A stretch of 64,000 nt of DNA from Granulosicoccaceae bacterium. Its GTDB lineage: Bacteria > Pseudomonadota > Gammaproteobacteria > Granulosicoccales > Granulosicoccaceae. The translations under genes were made by a program, and so were the position numbers. Location: NCBI GenBank assembly GCA_036478595.1, contig JAZGEF010000003.1, forward strand, positions 125,043 through 189,042, in the 5' to 3' direction. Under the pieces are notes generated by a model. It saw only the letters and a program-made list of their open reading frames with translations. It had not been told where the DNA came from and did no database searches. Positions 61,710-64,000 of this stretch are shown here, in pieces; position 1 is the first letter of the stretch; every line of letters begins with the position of its first letter.

Positions 61710-63857
61710 GTACAATCGCTCTAGGCCCACCAGCAATAACAGCAGCAGCGTGATCACCCGCACACTACCTGAACCGCCCGAGCGTTGAGGCGTTGGGGCA
61801 CTTGGCGATACTGGATCAAAAATCGCCGTTGATTGTGTAATCACAGCCGTAGCAAGATCAATACTCAAGGCATTATTGATAGGTTCTGGATCATGAAGAT
61901 CCACCACCACCTGCGCGTTAATTAATCCTCTATTGGCACTTAGCCCCAATTCAATATCATAAGAAGACGCTGCCCCCAGGTTTGCGAGCACACATTCAGC
62001 ACTGCCAGGGGATTGCGCAACACAACTCGTCGGCCATTGAATCTCTACGCCCACCGCATCCACATTAACGCGAGCAGTTATTGGGATAAACGAGTCGTTA
62101 TTGCGAACATTCAAGGTGACAGTATCTTCTTCAATGCTTGCGCTCATTTGCACGTCAACCGCGTTGCCCAAACATTGCTTAGCTCTGGCAAGCCCCACCT
62201 TATCAACACTGCAATGGCTAAATTCTGCCTGAGTGTTTCCAGAAATACGTGGCCACATTATTTTGCCACTATCTGCCTGACACGCTGTTTCACTATCGTG
62301 GAGTGCGCCAAGCGAATGGCCAATTTCATGAGCGGTTAATACATCGGCATAACTACTCGGCGTAGTCAGGCCAACGTCATAACCATCAAGCCGGCACAGG
62401 GTGTCTATCCAAGCTAGGCCTAGCGTACGATCAACCGTACTAGCACCAGTAAATAGATAAACCAGAGCACTCTTGTTAAACAACACCTTTTGCTGCACGC
62501 GGTAGTCGCGGAATGATTCCAGCAAACTCTCCAGCGTGCCTCGCTCATCAGTCACAACCGGTGGGCTACCGCCGCTTAAGGACTGAACCTTATCGATAGA
62601 TAACGCCAAGCCCTGCTCACGGTATATACCGTCAGCCATATTAATATTATTGAGTGCCTGCGCTACACCTTGGCCGCCGTAATAATCATCAAAAGCCGCG
62701 TCCACAACAATTGACATCGACACCAAACGAGTTGCGCTTTGCGTCCCAGCCATTCGCGTTTGGATACTTAGTTTTTCGCTCGGCGCATTCAGGTAGTCTG
62801 ATTGAACCGCATCGTATGCGCCCTGCGCGCGCATGCCAGCCTTGTAGTAATCCATCGTGCCGATCATCTGGTCAGCTCGCAGCTTTGAACGTTGGCCATT
62901 AATTGAGATCATGCCATTAACTGCTTGCCCATCTATCACTACTCGTGCCCATGAATCAGGCTCATCAGTCACAACGCCTGAATACACTGCCAGCGAAGGT
63001 GGCGCCCGATCATCAAGCTTCTCATCAGTCCATTGCACCGTTTTAATAACAGGGCTGGGTTGTAACGTTAGCGAATACCGTTGTCCATCCGCTTCAACAT
63101 CAATCACTACTGAACCATTACTGGCGCGTCGCTCGCCTCGCAGGCGTGTTGCTACATCACCGTGTTGCTGCAAAATGGTTAAACGACGGTCCGCTCGTTC
63201 AAACCAATATCGAGACAGCACACCACCAGCTGGCCAACGAAAATCAAATGGCAAGCTTAACGCTGTGTGTCGTTCACGCAATAAACGCAAAGCTAAACGC
63301 GCCTGATCAGTATTGCCTGATTGTTCCAGTGCTATGGCATCAAGGTAGGTAGCGGAGTCAGCATAGGCTGTATCAGGGGTACGTTCTAGGAGTTGCTCAA
63401 TACTTGCTCTGGCATCATCGAAGCGATACAGGTCCATAATTTCTAGATACGCTTTTAGGTACAAGGCATCGTCGGTTAAGGGGTGATCATCGGGGAGACC
63501 CGACATACTACCCAGCGTATCAACCGCTTGAGCATAGCGTTGCATGTCTCGTTGATCCAAGGCAAGCATTAACACGGGCATAAAACCCGCGGCGTCGCGA
63601 TACTCTGTGAGCACTGCAATGCGGGTTTGCACTGCCGTGATATTTGAAAATGCCGGATGCTCGCGCTGCAAGTAACGTAGTGTGGCCAAGGCATCGGCGT
63701 AGCGTGCGTCTGCAATCAACGATTGCGCCTCCAAATATTTTGCCGAAGCAACGCCTTCGGCGGTTGCGCTGTCAGGGCTACTGGCAGCAACGAATCCGCA
63801 CACGGTGCAAAGCACAACAAACCCAGCCAGTTGCTGCTTAAGCATCCTTGTTAACAC
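61689..63857 (-). CDS. secreted TPR-domain plus M12B (reprolysin-like) zinc metalloprotease with a GlyGly-CTERM-like anchor
   Basis: signal peptide; TPR-like helices; HEIGHSLGALHD plus IMWP Met-turn; C-terminal SGGSG, hydrophobic stretch and RR. Confidence 0.78.
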   Translation of the reverse strand: MLTRMLKQQLAGFVVLCTVCGFVAASSPDSATAEGVASAKYLEAQSLIADARYADALATLRYLQREHPAFSNITAVQTRIAVLTEYRDAAGFMPVLMLALDQRDMQRYAQAVDTLGSMSGLPDDHPLTDDALYLKAYLEIMDLYRFDDARASIEQLLERTPDTAYADSATYLDAIALEQSGNTDQARLALRLLRERHTALSLPFDFRWPAGGVLSRYWFERADRRLTILQQHGDVATRLRGERRASNGSVVIDVEADGQRYSLTLQPSPVIKTVQWTDEKLDDRAPPSLAVYSGVVTDEPDSWARVVIDGQAVNGMISINGQRSKLRADQMIGTMDYYKAGMRAQGAYDAVQSDYLNAPSEKLSIQTRMAGTQSATRLVSMSIVVDAAFDDYYGGQGVAQALNNINMADGIYREQGLALSIDKVQSLSGGSPPVVTDERGTLESLLESFRDYRVQQKVLFNKSALVYLFTGASTVDRTLGLAWIDTLCRLDGYDVGLTTPSSYADVLTAHEIGHSLGALHDSETACQADSGKIMWPRISGNTQAEFSHCSVDKVGLARAKQCLGNAVDVQMSASIEEDTVTLNVRNNDSFIPITARVNVDAVGVEIQWPTSCVAQSPGSAECVLANLGAASSYDIELGLSANRGLINAQVVVDLHDPEPINNALSIDLATAVITQSTAIFDPVSPSAPTPQRSGGSGSVRVITLLLLLLVGLERLYLRRPYC

Positions 63858-63863
63858 GTCAAC

Positions 63864-64000
63864 TTACACGCGATTTCGATTAGCGGCAGGGCGATCAGTA
63901 TCACCAATAACATCGCCATCAAAATAGTCCAAGGCAACGCGGCAGTTATGTAAGGCTTTCTGGAGTTTCGCTGAATCTGGCACAGGCTGTTGATCCATCT
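63864..64000 (-). CDS. 3' end of an unidentified ORF, probably truncated by the window edge
   Basis: open frame ...MDQQPVPDSAKLQKALHNCRVALDYFDGD...NRV*, stop 7 bp before the M12 gene start. Confidence 0.35.
   Translation of the reverse strand, partial: MDQQPVPDSAKLQKALHNCRVALDYFDGDVIGDTDRPAANRNRV

Overview
Chromosomal core region of a Gammaproteobacterium (about 50% GC by eye; not computed). From left to right it holds flgM, a DoxX-like protein and ibpA (sigma32 promoter plus a ROSE-like thermometer). Next is an accessory block: a 5-gene sugar-modification operon (PIG-L deacetylase, NAD epimerase/decarboxylase, WecB/TagA glycosyltransferase, B12 radical SAM, SAM methyltransferase), a DUF4153-like membrane protein, and a frameshifted TSP3-repeat/CBM9-like lipoprotein. 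This block ends at tRNA-Ala(GGC), whose 3' trailer carries tandem repeats. Core genes follow: gltX, a PP2C phosphatase, clpB-pgeF-rluD/bamD, pilSR, two tandem pilins, pilBCD-coaE, mutT-argJ-secA-M23, dciA, lpxC and the full dcw cluster (mraZ to ftsZ). The right end has an outer-membrane beta-barrel, rnpB with a 16-bp tandem repeat directly upstream, rsmI/lpoA-yraN, sspB, petABC, degS, a DUF1919-like gene and a TPR-M12 metalloprotease with a GlyGly-CTERM-like tail. No CRISPR array, integrase, transposase or prophage gene was recognised. The best leads are the B12-radical-SAM glycan operon, the tRNA-Ala trailer repeats (which contain 13-14 nt perfect complements of the tRNA's own variable loop/T-arm), the tandem repeat in the rnpB promoter region, the cysteine-free tandem pilins and the TPR-reprolysin fusion. 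Family names come from motif recognition only; no database search was run.
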